Assembly: GCF_037042905.1 (NCBI RefSeq)
Contig: NC_087249.1
Coordinates: forward strand, 8,868,001-8,932,000
Length of the DNA: 64,000 nt
Direction: 5' to 3'
DNA from: Lytechinus pictus
Taxonomy: Eukaryota
Numbering within the stretch: position 1 is the first letter of the stretch; each line of letters begins with the position of its first letter. The translations under genes were made by a program, and so were the position numbers. The notes beneath the pieces were generated by a model. That model was not told the DNA's origin. It ran no database searches and saw nothing but the letters and a program-made list of their open reading frames with translations. Below are positions 27,201 to 41,900 of this stretch, piece after piece.

Positions 27201-30200
27201 TATCATTCCGATTTGGTAGACATGTTGTCCATGATGCATTATTGTGTACCTCTTATTTCATTTTCTAAAATCATTCATGCATGACAGTGCATGCACCATT
27301 TTGAGTGAGTGACATCATCATCTCTCTCATTTGCATGTAACTGGCTCGTTCATAATTAAAACTATTTTGTTAGAAATAAGCGAAACTTTGAAATGTCATA
27401 ACTTTCTTATTTTAAATCCGATTTTGATGAAATTTTCAGCATTGCGCTTGTCTGATTTTTCCCTATTGATTCAAATCAACATTTTTCTGAGGTAGACTTG
27501 ACCTTTCAATCAGACGCGTCAATGCATGCACATCGTTCTGAAACGATTGCAGTTCTAGTCTTCTTTGCATTGACGCCCAATGGCGACAATGCATTGTTCT
27601 TGTTCCGTATTCCTATTCCGTCGTCTTCTTTGCATTGACGCCCAATGGCGACAATGCATTGTTCTTGTTCCGTATTCCTATTCCGTCGTCTTCTTTGCAT
27701 TGACGCTCAATAGCGACAATGCATTGTTCTTGTTCCGTATTCCTATTCCGTCGTCTTCTTCTTCTTCTTCTTCTTCTTCTTCTTCTTCTTCTTCTTCCAC
27801 CAAATCCCATTTGTTTAACACATGGTTTTTGTTAGCTCTGCCCTGGCTCCGTCCCTCATCCAAATTCATCCAAACTTGGTAGACATGTTGTCCAGCATCC
27901 CTAGTTGTGCCCCTTGTCTTCTTTTTTCAAAAATCATTCATGCATGACCATCCAGGCGCCATTTTGTAAATTTCAAGTCCATTTGCATACCATTACTAAT
28001 CTCGCCCTAACTCCCGCATCCTGCATTCTACAGACTTCTAACAAATTGCTATAGATAGTCAAATAGTTGCCCCATCATTTGCGACGTATAACCTGACCTT
28101 CAAAATGCCATCTTCATGCCCTAAATTCAAATCCGAAATAGCCTTCCTTCAAAAACTTCATATTTATTGAAATGTAAAGTTAAAAAATCGTAAAATGGCC
28201 ATAACTTTCTTGTTTTTATTCAATTTGAGCTCATATATTCAGGAATTGATACTGACAAGATATTATACTACCGACATACTTTTCACGCATCATTGATCTT
28301 CCGGTATTGAAATAGCGCCCTCTAAAGTTTCAAAAACGCTTATCTTTGAATGCTCCTCATTTCGTCATGCATGGCCAAACCCGTACCCTTTTTTAGATTT
28401 AGGGTGTTCAAGATATGCCCTTTCATGCCATTTAGAAAAAAATATACCTTACCACTGACGAAATATCTGAAAAATGCTCCCGAAAATCAGCAAAATACGC
28501 AAAAATGCACTATAATGCCAGCACAACTTCAACTTGCTCTTATTTCCTTATTATTGAAGCTTATCCTTTCTAACTTGGCAGATATGAGTATTGATATATA
28601 CTTCAACCGTTCGTCAACCTTTTGTGACAGAAACTGACATAGAGCTGACGTCAGCTTAAAATTATTGTGAAAAACTGTCATTTTTAATGTCTTTCTTTAT
28701 ATGGCATTTACTTCCGGTCTATTGCTTGCGCACACATGAAAGTGGTATCAATGTCACCGCATTGGAATGCTCTTTCCAGTGATACCAAATACGACATAGG
28801 TTACAACAGAAAATTTCAAGATAAGTCAATCTGAACACATGGTATACTACTCAAAATGCACACATTATCAACAACAGAATTGTACACAATGTCTATAGCA
28901 TAACGTATTATGCATGCACATCGTTCTGCTACGTACTTTACACCGAGTTACGTTCATGAACTGTCAGGGAAAATTGTATGCTTATTCATATCACTCTCTC
29001 TGTGTCTTTCTCTCCCTTCTCTCTCTTTGTTGAGCGGCCATATGGTCTAAAAATGGACGAAATCTGTTTGACTCGAGAATGTAACTTCCTATGGTGGGCA
29101 CAATGAACCAAAATCCACTTTGATTAACATGTAATTTTTGTTAGTCCTCCCCTGCCTCCGCTCCTCATCCAAATTCATTCCGATTTGGTAGACATGTTGT
29201 CCATGATGCATTATTGTGTACCTCTTATTTCATTTTCTAAAATCATTCATGCATGACAGTACATGCGCCATTTTGAGTGAGTGACATCATCATCTCTCTC
29301 ATTTGGATGTAACTGGCTCGTTCATATAACTATTTTGTTAAAAAGAAGCGAAACTTTGAAATTTCATAACTTTCTTATTTTACATCCGATTTTGATGAAA
29401 TTTTCAGCATTGTGCTTGTCTGATTTTCCCTATTGATTCCAATCAAGATTTTTCTGAGGTGAACTTGACCTTTCAATCAGACGCGTCAATGCATGCACAT
29501 CGTTCGGAAACGATTGCAGTTCTAGTCTTCTTCTTCTGCTTCTTCCACAAAATCCCATTTGTTTAACACATGGTTTTTGTTAGCTCTACCCTGGCTCCGT
29601 CCCTCATCCAAATTCATCCAAACTTTGTAGACATGTTGTCCCGCATCCCTAGTTGTGCACCTCGTCTTCTATTTTCCAAAATCACTCATGCATGACCATC
29701 AAGGCGCCATTTTGTAAATTTCAAGTCCATTTGCATACCATTACTAATCTCGTCCTAACTCCCGCATCCTGCATGCTACAAACTTCTAACAAATTGCTAT
29801 AGATAGTCAAAGAGTTGCTCCATCATTTGCGACGTGTAACCTGACCTTCAAAATGCCATCTTCATGCCCTAAATTCAAATCCGAAATAGCCTTCCTTCAA
29901 AAACTTCATATTTATTGAAACGTAAAGTCAAATAATCGTAAAATGGCCATAACTTTCTTGTTTTTATTCAATTCGAGCTCATATGATTAGGAATTGATAC
30001 TGGCAAAATATCATACAAACGAGTCAGTTTTCACGCATCATTGACCTTTCGTTATTGAAATAGCGCCCTCTAAAGTTTCAAAAACGCTTACGTTTGAATG
30101 CTCCTCATTGCGTCATGCATGGCCAAACCCGTACCCTTTTTTAGATTTAGGGTGTTCAAGATATGCCCTTTCATGCCATTTAGAAAAGTATATACCTTAC

Positions 30201-31282
30201 CGCTGACGAAATATCTGAAAAATGCTCCCGAAAATCAGCAAAATACGCAAAAATGCACTATAATGCCAGCACAACTTCAACTTGCTCTTATTTCCTTATT
30301 ATTGAAGCTTATCCTTTCTAACTTAGCAGATATGAGTATTGATATATACTTCAACCGTTCGTTAACCTTTTGTGACAGAAACTGACATAGAGCTGACGTC
30401 AGCTCAAAATTATTGTGCAAAACTGTCATTTTTAATGTCTTTCTTTATATGGCATTTACTTCCGGTCTATTGCTTGCGCAAAAATAAAAGTGGTATCAAT
30501 GTCACCGCATTGGAATGCCCTATCCAGTGATACCAAATACGACATAGGTTACAACAGAAAATTTCAAGATAAGCCAATCTGAACACATGGTTTACTACTC
30601 ACAGTGCACACATTATCAACAACAGAATTGTACACAATGTCTAGGGCATAATGTATTATGCATGCACATCGTTCTGCTATGTACTTTACACTGAGTTACG
30701 TTAATGAACTGTCAGGGAAATGTGTATGCTTATTCATATTACTCTATGTGTCTTTCTCTCCCTTCTCTCTCTTTTATTTCAGCGGCCATATGGTCTAAAA
30801 ATGGCCCAATGGACCAAATCCTTTTGACTTGAGAATGTAACTTCCTATGAAGGGCATAATGTACCAAAATCCACTTTGATTAACATGTAATTTTTGTTAG
30901 TCCTCCCCTGCCTCCGCTCCTCATCCAAATTCATTCCGATTTGGTAGACATGTTGTCCATGATGCATTATTGTGTACCTCTTATTTCATTTTCTAAAATC
31001 ATTCATGCATGACAGTGCATGCACCATTTTGAGTGAGTGACATCATCATCTCTCTCATTTGGATGTAACTGGCTCGTTCATATAACTCTTTTGTTAAAAA
31101 TAAGCGAAACTTTGAAATGTCATAACTTTCTTTTTTTACATCCGATTTTGATGAAATTTTCAGCATTGTGCTTGTCTGATTTTTCCCTATTGAATCAAAT
31201 CAACATTTTTCTCAGGTGGACTTGACCTCTAAATCAAACACGTCAATGCATGCACATCGTAATGAAACGATTGCAGTTCTAG

Positions 31283-32981
31283 TTGCATTGACGCCCAATG
31301 GCGACAATGCATTGTTCTTGTTCCGTATTCCTATTCCGTCGTCTTCTTCTTCTTCTGCTTCTTCCACAAAATCCCATTTGTTTAACACATGGTTTTTGTT
31401 AGCTCTACCCTGGCTCCGTCCCTCATTCAAATTCATCCAAACTTTGTAGACATGTTGTCCAGCATCCCTAGTTGTGCACCTCGTCTTCCATTTTCCAAAA
31501 TCACTCATGCATGACCATCAAGGCGCCATTTTGTAAATTTCAAGTCCATTTGCATACCATTACTAATCTCGTCCTAACTCCCGCATCCTGCATGCTACAA
31601 ACTTCTAACAAATTCCTATAGATAGTCAAAGAGTTGCTCCATCATTTGCGACGTATCACCTGACCTTCAAAATGCCATCTTCATGCCCTAAATTCAAATC
31701 CGAAATAGCCTTCCTTCAAAAACTTCATATTTATTGAAATGTAAAGTCAAAAAATCCTAAAATGGCCATAACTTTCTTGTTGTTATTCAATTCGAGCTAA
31801 TATTTTCAGGAATTATTACAGGCAACATATCATACTTACGAGTTAGTTTTCACGCATCATTGACCTTCCGGTATTGAAATAGCGCCCTCTAAAGTTTCAA
31901 AAACGCTTACGTTTGAATGCTCCTCATTGCGTCATGCATGGCCAAACCCGTACCCTTTTTTAGATTTAGGGTGTTCAAGATATGCCCTTTCATGCCATTT
32001 AGAAAAATATATACCTTACCACTGACGAAATATCTAAAAAATGCTCCCGAAAATCAGCAAAATACGCAAAAATGCACTATAATGCCAGCACAACTTCAAC
32101 TTGCTCTTATTTCCTTATTATTGAAGCTTATCCTTTCTAACTTGGCAGATATGAGTATTGATATATACTTCAACCGTTCGTCAACATTTTGTAACAGAAA
32201 CTGACAAAAATCTGACGTCAGCTTAAAATTATTGTGCAAAACCTTCATTTTTCATGTCTTTCTTTATATGGCATTTACTTCCGGTCTATTGCTTGCGCAC
32301 AAATAAAAGTGGTATCAATGTCACCGCATTGGAATGCTCTTTCCAGTGATACCAAATACGACATAGGTTACAACAGAAAATTTCAAGATAAATCAATCTG
32401 AACACATGGTATACTGCTCACAATGCACACATTATCAACAACAGAATTGTACACAATGTCTATGGGATCGGTTTCACGCAAAAACGAACTTAACCTATGG
32501 GGTGCAATGTGGTCTAAAATGGTTGACTCGAGAATGTAGCTTCCTATGGAGTGCAAAATCTGCCAAAATCCACTTTGATTAACATGTAATTTGTGTTAGT
32601 CCTCCCCTGCCTCCGCTCCTCATCCAAATTCATTACGATTTGGTAGACATGATGTCCATGTTGCATTATTGTGTACCTCCTATTTAATTTTCTAAAATTA
32701 TTCATGCATGACAGTGCATGCGCCATTTTGAGTGAGTAACATCATCATCTCTCTCATTTGGATATAACTGGCTTGTTCATATAACTATTTTGTTAAAAAT
32801 AAGCGAAACTTTGAAATGTCGTAACTTTCTTATTTTACATCCGATTTTGATGGAATTTTCAGCATTGTGCTTGCCTGATTTTTCCCTATTGATTCAAATC
32901 AACATTTTTCTGAGGTGGACTTGACCTTTCAATCAGACGCGTCAATGCATGCACATCGTTCTGAAACGATTGCAGTTCTAG
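31283..32981 (+). mobile_element. Single uninterrupted copy of the Helentron-like element (left end to CTAG)
   Basis: TTGCATTGACG at 31283, then (TTC)n, body and ...GATTGCAGTTCTAG ending 32981. Confidence 0.8.
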
Positions 32982-35900
32982 TCTTCTTCTTCTTCTTCTT
33001 CCACAAAATCCCATTTGTTTAACACATGGTTTTTGTTAACTCTACCCTGGCTCCGTCCCTCATCCAAATTCATCCAAACTTTGTAGACATGTTGTCCAGC
33101 ATCCTTAGTTGTGCACCTCGTCTTCCATTTTCCAAAATCACTCATGCATGACCATCAAGGCGCCATTTTGTATATTTCAAGTCAATTTGCATACCATTAC
33201 TAATCTCGTCCTAACTCCCGCATAATGCATGCTACAAACTTCTAACAAATTGCTATAGATAGTCAAAGAGTTGTTCCATCATTTGCGACGTATAACCCGA
33301 CCTTCAAAATGCCATCTCCATGCCCTAAATTCAAATCCGAAATAGCCTTCCTTCAAAAACTTCATATTTATTGAAATGTAAAGTCAAAAAATCGTAAAAT
33401 GGCCATAACTTTCTTGTTTTTATTCAATTCGAGCTCATATTTTCAGGAATTAATACAGGCAACATATTATACTTACGAGTCAGTTTTCACGCATCATTGA
33501 TTTTCCGGTATTGAAATAGCGCCCTCTAAAGTTTCAAAAACGCTTACGTTTGAATGCTCCTCATTGCGTCATGCATGGCCAAACCCGTACCCTTTTTTAG
33601 ATTTAGGGTGTTCAAGATATGCCCTTTCATGCCATTTAGAAAAATATATACCTTACAGCTGACGAAATATCTGAAAAATGCCTCCGAAAATCAGCAAAAT
33701 ACGCAAAAATGCACTATAATGCCAGCACAACTTCAACTTGCTCTTATTTCCTTATTATTGAAGCTTATCCTTTCTAACTTGGCAGATATGAGTATTGATA
33801 TATACTTTAACCGTTCGTCAACCCTTTGTGACATAAACTGACATAGAGCTGACGTCAGCTTAAAATTATTGTGAAAAACTGTCATTTTTAATGTCTTTCT
33901 TTTTATGGCATTTACTTCCGGTCTATTGCTTGCACACACATAAAAGGGGTATCAATGTCACCGCACGGACAAGCTCTTTCCACTGATACCAAATACGACA
34001 TAGGTTACAACAGAAAATTTCAAGATAAGCCAATCTGAACACATGGTATACTACTCAAAATGCACACATCATCAACAACAGAATTGTACACAATGTCTAT
34101 GGCATAACGTATTATGCATGCATATCGTTCTGATACGTACTTTACACTGAGTTACGTTAATGAACTGTCACGGAAATTTGTATGCTTATTCATATCACTC
34201 TCTCTGTGTCTTTCTCTCCCTTCTCTCTCTTCGTTGAGCGGCCATATGGTCTAAAAATGGACGAAATCTGTTTGACTCGAGAATGTAACTTGCTATGGAG
34301 GGCAAAATGTACCAAAATCCTGTTTGATTAACATGTAGTTTTTGTAAGTCCTCCCCTGACTCCGCTCCTCATCCAAATTCATTCCGATTTGGTAGACATG
34401 TTGTCCATGATCAATTATTGTGTATCTCTTATTTCATTTTCTAAAATCATTCATGCATGACAGTGCATGCGCCATTTTGAGTGAGTGACATCATCATCTC
34501 TCTCATTTGGATGTAACTGGCTCGTTCATATAACTATTTTGTTAAAAATAAGCGAAACTTTGAAATGTCAAAACTTTCTTATTTTACATCCGATTTTGAT
34601 GAAATTTTCAGCATTGTGCTTGTCTGATTTTTCCCCATTGATTCGAATGAACATTTTTCTGAGGTGGACTTGACCTTTCAATCAGACGCGTCAATGCATG
34701 CACATCGTTCTGAAACGATTGCAGTTCTAGTCTTCTTCTTCTTCTTCTTCCACAAAATCCCATTTGTTTAACACATGGTTTTTGTTAGCTCTGCCCTGGC
34801 TCTGTCCCTCATCCAAATTCATCCAAACTTTGTAGACATGTTGTCCAGCATCCCTAGTTGTGCCCCTTGTCTTCCTTTTTCCAAAATCACTCATGCATGA
34901 CCATCTAGGCGCCATTTTGTAAATTTCAAGTCCATTTGCATACCATTACTAATCTCGTCCTAACTCCCGCATCCTGCATGCTACAAACTTCTAACAAATT
35001 GCTATAGATAGTCAAAGAGTTGCTCCATCATCTGCGACGTATAACCTGACCTTCAAAATGCCATCTTCATGCCCTAAATTCAAATCCGAAATAGCCTTCC
35101 TTTAAAAACGTCACATTTATTGAAATGTAAAGTCAAAAAATCGTAAAATGGCCATAACTTGATTTTTTTTATTCATTTCGAGCTCATATTTTAAGGAATT
35201 GATACTTGTACCATATCATACTTACGACTTAGTTTTCACGCATCACTGAATTTTCGTTACTGAAATAGCGCCCTCTAAAGTTTCAAAAACGCTTATCTTT
35301 GAATGCTCCTCATTTCGTCATGCATGGCCAAACCCGTACCCTTTTTTAGATTTAGGGTGTTCAAGATATGCTCTTTCATGCCATTTAGAAAAATATATAC
35401 CTTACCGCTGACAAAATATCTGAAAAATGCTCCCGAAAATCAGCAAAATACGCAAAAATGCACTATAATGCCAGCACAACTTCAACTTGCTCTTATTTCC
35501 TTATTATTGAAGCTTATCCTTTCTAACTTGGCAGATATGAGTATTGATATATACTTCAACCGTTCGTCAACCTTTTGTAACAGAAACTGACAAAAATCTG
35601 ACGTCAGCTTAAAATTATTGTGCAAAACCTTCATTTTTAATGTTTTTCTTTATATGGCATTTACTTCCGGTCTATTGCTTGAGCACAAATAAAAGGGGTA
35701 TCAATGTCACCGCATTTGAATGCTCTTTCCAGTGATACCAAATATAACATAGGTTACAACAGAAAATTTCAAGATAAGCCAATCTGAACACATGGTATAC
35801 TACTCAGAATGCACACATTATCAACAACAGAATTGTACACAATGTCTATGGCATAACGTATTATGCATGCACATCGTTCTGCTATGTACTTTACACTGAG

Positions 35901-38900
35901 TTACGTTAATGAACTGTCAGGGAAATGTGTATGCTTATCCATATCATTCCGATTTGGTAGACATGTTGTCCATGATGCATTATTGTGTACCTCTTATTTC
36001 ATTTTCTAAAATCATTCATGCATGACAGTGCATGCACCATTTTGAGTGAGTGACATCATCATCTCTCTCATTTGCATGTAACTGGCTCGTTCATAATTAA
36101 AACTATTTTGTTAGAAATAAGCGAAACTTTGAAATGTCATAACTTTCTTATTTTAAATCCGATTTTGATGAAATTTTCAGCATTTCGCTTGTCTGATTTT
36201 TCCCTATTGATTCAAATCAACATTTTTCTGAGGTAGACTTGACCTTTCAATCAGACGCGTCAATGCATGCACATCGTTCTGAAACGATTGCAGTTCTAGT
36301 TGCATTGACGCCCAACGGCGACAATGCATTGTTCTTGTTCCGTATTCCTATTCCGTCGTCTTCTTTGCATTGACGCCCAACGGCGACAATGCATTGTTCT
36401 TGTTCCGTATTCCTATTCCGTCGTCTTCTTCTTCTTCTTCTTCCACAAAATCCCATTTGTTTAACACATGGTTTTTGTTAGCTCTGCCTTGGCTCCGTCC
36501 CTCATCCAAATTCATCCAAACTTGGTAGACATGTTGTCCAGCATCCATAGTTGTGCACCTCGTCTTCCTTTTTTCAAAATCACTCATGCATGACCATCTA
36601 GGCGCCATTTTGTAAATTTCAAGTCCATTTGCATACCATTACTAATCTCGTCCTAACTCCCGCATCCTGCATGCTACAGACTTCTAACAAATTGCTATAG
36701 ATAGTCAAAGAGTTGCTCGATCATCTGCGATGTATAACCTGACCTTCAAAATGCCATCTTCATGCCTTAAATTCAAATCCGAAATAGCCTTCCTTCAAAA
36801 ACTTCATATTTATTGAAATGTAAAGTCAAAAAATCCTAAAATGGCCATAACTTTCTTGTTTTTATTCATTTTGAACTCATATTTTCAGGAATTGATATTG
36901 GTACCATATCATACATATTAGTAAGTTTTCACGCATCATTGACCTTCCGTTTTTGAAATAGCGCCCTCTAAAGTCTGAAAAACGCTTACCTTTGAATGCT
37001 CCTCATTGCGTCATGCATGGCCAAACCCGTACCCTTTTTTAGATTTAGGGTGTTCAAGATATGCCCTTTCATGCCATTTAGAAAAAAATATACCTTACCA
37101 CTGACGAAATATCTGAAAAATGCTCCCGAAAATCAGCAAAATACGCAAAAATGCACTATAATGCCAGCACAACTTCAACTTGCTCTTATTTCCTTATTAT
37201 TGAAGCTTATCCTTTCTAACTTGGCAGATATGAGTATTGATATATACTCTAACCGTTCGTCAACCTTTTGTAACAGAAACTGACAAAAATCTGACGTCAG
37301 CTTAAAATTATTGTGCAAAACCTTCATTTTTAATGTCTTTCTTTATATGGCATTTACTTCCGGTCTATTGCTTGAGCACAAATAAAAGTGGTATTAATGT
37401 CACCGCATTGGAATGCTCTTTCCAGTGATACCAAATATGACATAGGTTACAACAGAAAATTTCAAGATAAGCCAATCTGAACAAATGGTATACTGCTCAG
37501 AATGCACACATTATCAATAACATAATTGTATACAATGTCTATGGCATAACGTATTATGCATGCACATCGTTCTGCTATGTACTTTACACTGAGTTACGTT
37601 AATGAACTGTCAGGGAAATTTGTAGCTTATTCATATCACTCTCTCTGTGTCTTTCTATCCCTTCTCTCTCTTTGTTGAGCGGCCAATTTGTCTAAAAATT
37701 GACGAAATCTGTTTGACTCGAGAATGTTACTTCCTATGGAGGGTACAATGTACCAAAATCAACTTTGATTAACATGTAATTTTTGTTAGTCCTCCCCTGC
37801 CTCCGCTCCTCATCCAAATTCATTCCGATTTGGTAGACATGTTGTCCATGATGCATTATTGTGTACCTCTTATTTCATTTTCTAAAATCATTCATGCATG
37901 ACAGTGCATGCGCCATTTTGAGTGACTGACATCATCATCTCTCTCATTTGGACGTAACTGGCTCGTTCATATAACTATTTTGTTAAAAATAAGCGAAACT
38001 TTGAAATGTCATAACTTTCTTATTTTACATCCGATTTTGATGAAATTTTGAGCATTGTGCTTGTCTGATTTTTTCCCTATTGATTCCAATCAAGATTTTT
38101 CTGAGGTGGACTTGACCTTTCAATCAGACGCGTCAATGCATGCACATCGTTCGGAAACGATTGCAGTTGTTTAACACATGGTTTTTGTTAGCTCTGCCCT
38201 GGCTCCGTCCCTCATCCAAATTCATCCAAACTTTGTAGACATGTTGTCCAGCATCCCTAGTTGTGCCCCTCGTCTTCATTTTTCCAAAATCACTCATGCA
38301 TGACCATCTAGGCGCCATTTTGTAAATTTCAGTCCATTTGCATACCATTACTAATCTCGTCCTAACTCCCGCATCCTGCATGCTACAAACTTCTAACAAA
38401 TTGCTATAGATAGTCAAAGAGTTGCTCCATCATCTGCGACGTATAACCTGACCTTCAAAATGCCATCTTCATGCCCTAAATTCAAATCCGAAATAGCCTT
38501 CCTTCAAAAACGTCACATTTATTGAAATGTAAAGTCAAAAAATCGTAAAATGGCCATAACTTTATTGTTTTTATTCATTTCGAGCTCATACTTTTAGGAA
38601 TTGATACTGGTACCATATCATACTTACGAGTCAGTTTTCACGCATCACTGAATGTCCGTTACTGAAATAGCGCCCTCTAAAGTTTCAAAAACGCTTATCT
38701 TTGAATGCTCCTCATTTCGTCATGCATGGCCAAACCCGTACCCTTTTTTAGATTTAGGGTGTTCAAGATATGCTCTTTCATGCCATTTAGAAAAATATAT
38801 ACCTTACCGCCGACAAAATATCTGAAAAATGCTCCCGAAAATCAGCAAAATACGCAAAAATGCACTATAATGCCAGCACAACTTCAACTTGCTCTTATTT

Positions 38901-41900
38901 CCTTATTATTGAAGCTTATCCTTTCTGACTTGGCAGATATGAGTATTGATATATACTCTAACCGTTCGTCAACCTTTTGTAACAGAAACTGACAAAAATC
39001 TGACGTCAGCTTAAAATTATTGTGCAAAACCTTCATTTTTAATGTTTTTCTTTATATGGCATTTACTTCCGGTCTATTGCTTGAGCACAAATAAAAGTGG
39101 TATCAATGTCACCGCATTTGAATGCTCTTTCCAGTGATACCAAATATGACATAGGTTACAACAGAAAATTTGAAGATAAGCCAATCTGAACACATGGTAT
39201 ACTACTCAGAATGCACACATTATCAACAACAGAATTGTACACAATGTCTATGGCATAACGTATTATGCATGCACATCGTTCTGCTATGTACTTTACACTG
39301 AGTTACGTTAATGAACTGTCAGGGAAATGTGTATGCTTATTCATATCACTCTCTCTGTGTCTTTCTCTCCCTTCTCTCTCTTTGTTGAGCGGCCATGGTC
39401 AAAAAATGGACGAAATATGTTTGACTCGAGAATGCAACTTCCTATGGTGGGCACAATGTACCAAAATCCACTTTGATTAACATGTAATTTTTGTTAGTCC
39501 TCCCCTGCCTCCGCTCCTCATCCAAATTCATTCCGATTTGGTAAACATGTTGTCCATGATGCATTATTGTGTGCCTCTTATTTTATTTTCTAAAATCATT
39601 CATGCATGACAGTACATGCGCCATTTTGAGTGAGTGACATCATCATCTCTCTCATTTGGATGTAACTGGCTCGTTCATATAACTCTTTTGTTAAAAATAA
39701 GCGAAACTTTGAAATTTCATATCTTTCTTATTTTACATCCGATTTTGATGAAATTTTAAGCATTGTGCTTGTCTGATTTTTCCCTATTGATTCGAATCAA
39801 CATTTTTCTGAGGTGGACTTGACCTTTCAATCAGACGCGTCAATGCATGCACATCGTTCTGAAACGATTGCAGTTCTAGTTGCATTGACGCCCAACGGCG
39901 ACAATGCATTGTTCTTGTTCCGTATTCCTATTCCGTCGTCTTCTTCTTCTTCTTCTTCTTTGCATTGACGCCCACTGGCGACAATGCATTGTTCTTGTTC
40001 CGTATTCCTATTCCGTCGTCTTCTTCTTCTTCTTCTTCTGCTTCTTCCACAAAATCCCATTTGTTTAACACATGGTGTTTGTTAGCTCTGCCCTGGCTCC
40101 GTCCCTCATCCAAATTCATCCAAACTTGGTAGACGTGTTGTCCAGCATCCCTAGTTGTGCCCCTCGTCTTCCTTTTTTCAAAATCACTCATGCATGACCA
40201 TCTAGGCGCCATTTTGTAAATTTCAAGTCCATTTGCATACCATTACTAATCTCGTCCTAACTCCCGCATCCTGCATTCTACAGACTTCTAACAAATTGCT
40301 ATAGATAGTCAAAGAGTTGTTCCATCATTTGCGACGTATAACCTGACCTTCAAAATGCCATCTTCATGCCCTAAATTCAAATCCGAAATAGCCTTCCTTC
40401 AAAAACGTCATATTTATTGAAATGTAAAGTCAAAAAATCGTAAAATGGCCATAACTTTCTTGTTTTTATTCATTTCGAGCTCATATTTTCAGGAATTGAT
40501 ACTGGTACCATATCATACATAGGAATTAGTTTTCACGCTTCACTGAATTTCCGTTACTGAAATAGCGCCCTCTAAAGTTTCAAAAACGCTTATCTTTGAA
40601 TGCTCCTCATTTCGTCATGCATGGCCAAACCCGTACCCTTTTTTAGATTTAGGGTGTTCAAGATATGCTCTTTCATGCCATTTTGAAAAATATATACCTT
40701 ACTGCTGACAAAATATCTGAAAAATGCTCCCGAAAATCAGCAAAATACGCAAAAATGCACTATAATGCCAGCACAACTTCAACTTGCTCTTATTTCCTTA
40801 TTATTGAAGCTTATCCTTTCTAACTTGGCAGATATGAGTATTGATATATACTTCAACCGTTCGTCAACCTTTTGTAACAGAAACTGACAAAAATCTGACG
40901 TCAGCTTAAAATTATTGTGCAAAACCTTCATTTTTAATGTTTTTCTTTATATGGCATTTACTTCCGGTCTATTGCTTGAGCACAAATAAAAGGGGTATCA
41001 ATGTCACCGCATTTGAATGCTCTTTCCAGTGATACCAAATATGACATAGGTTACAACAGAAAATTTCAAGATAAGCCAATCTGAACACATGGTATACTAC
41101 TCAGAATGCACACATTATCAACAACAGAATTGTACACAATGTCTATGGCATAACGTATTATGCATGCACATCGTTCTGCTATGTACTTTACACTGAGTTA
41201 CGTTAATGAACTGTCAGGGAAATGTGTATGCTTATCCATATCATTCCGATTTGGTAGACATGTTGTCCATGATGCATTATTGTGTACCTCTTATTTCATT
41301 TTCTAAAATCATTCATGCATGACAGTGCATGCACCATTTTGAGTGAGTGACATCATCATCTCTCTCATTTGCATGTAACCGGCTCGTTCATAATTAAAAC
41401 TATTTTGTTAGAAATAAGCGAAACTTTGAAATGTCATAACTTTCTTATTTTAAATCCGATTTTGATGAAATTTTCAGCATTGCGCTTGTCTGATTTTTCC
41501 CTATTGATTCAAATCAACATTTTTCTGAGGTAGACTTGACCTTTCAATCAGACGCGTCAATGCATGCACATCGTTCTGAAACGATTGCAGTTCTAGTCTT
41601 CTTCTTCTTCTTCTTCTTCTTCCACAAAATCCCATTTGTTTAACACATGGTTTTTGTTAGCTCTGCCCTGGCTCCGTCCCTCATTCAAATTCATCCAAAC
41701 TTGGTAGACATGTTGTCCAGCATCCCTAGTTGTGCCCCTTGTCTTCTTTTTTCCAAAATCACTCATGCATGACCATCTAGGCGCCATTTTGTAAATTTCA
41801 AGTCCATTTGCATACCATTACTAATCTCGTCCTAACTCCCGCATCCTGCATGCTACAGACTTCTAACAAATTGCTATAGATAGTCAAAGAGATGCTCTAT

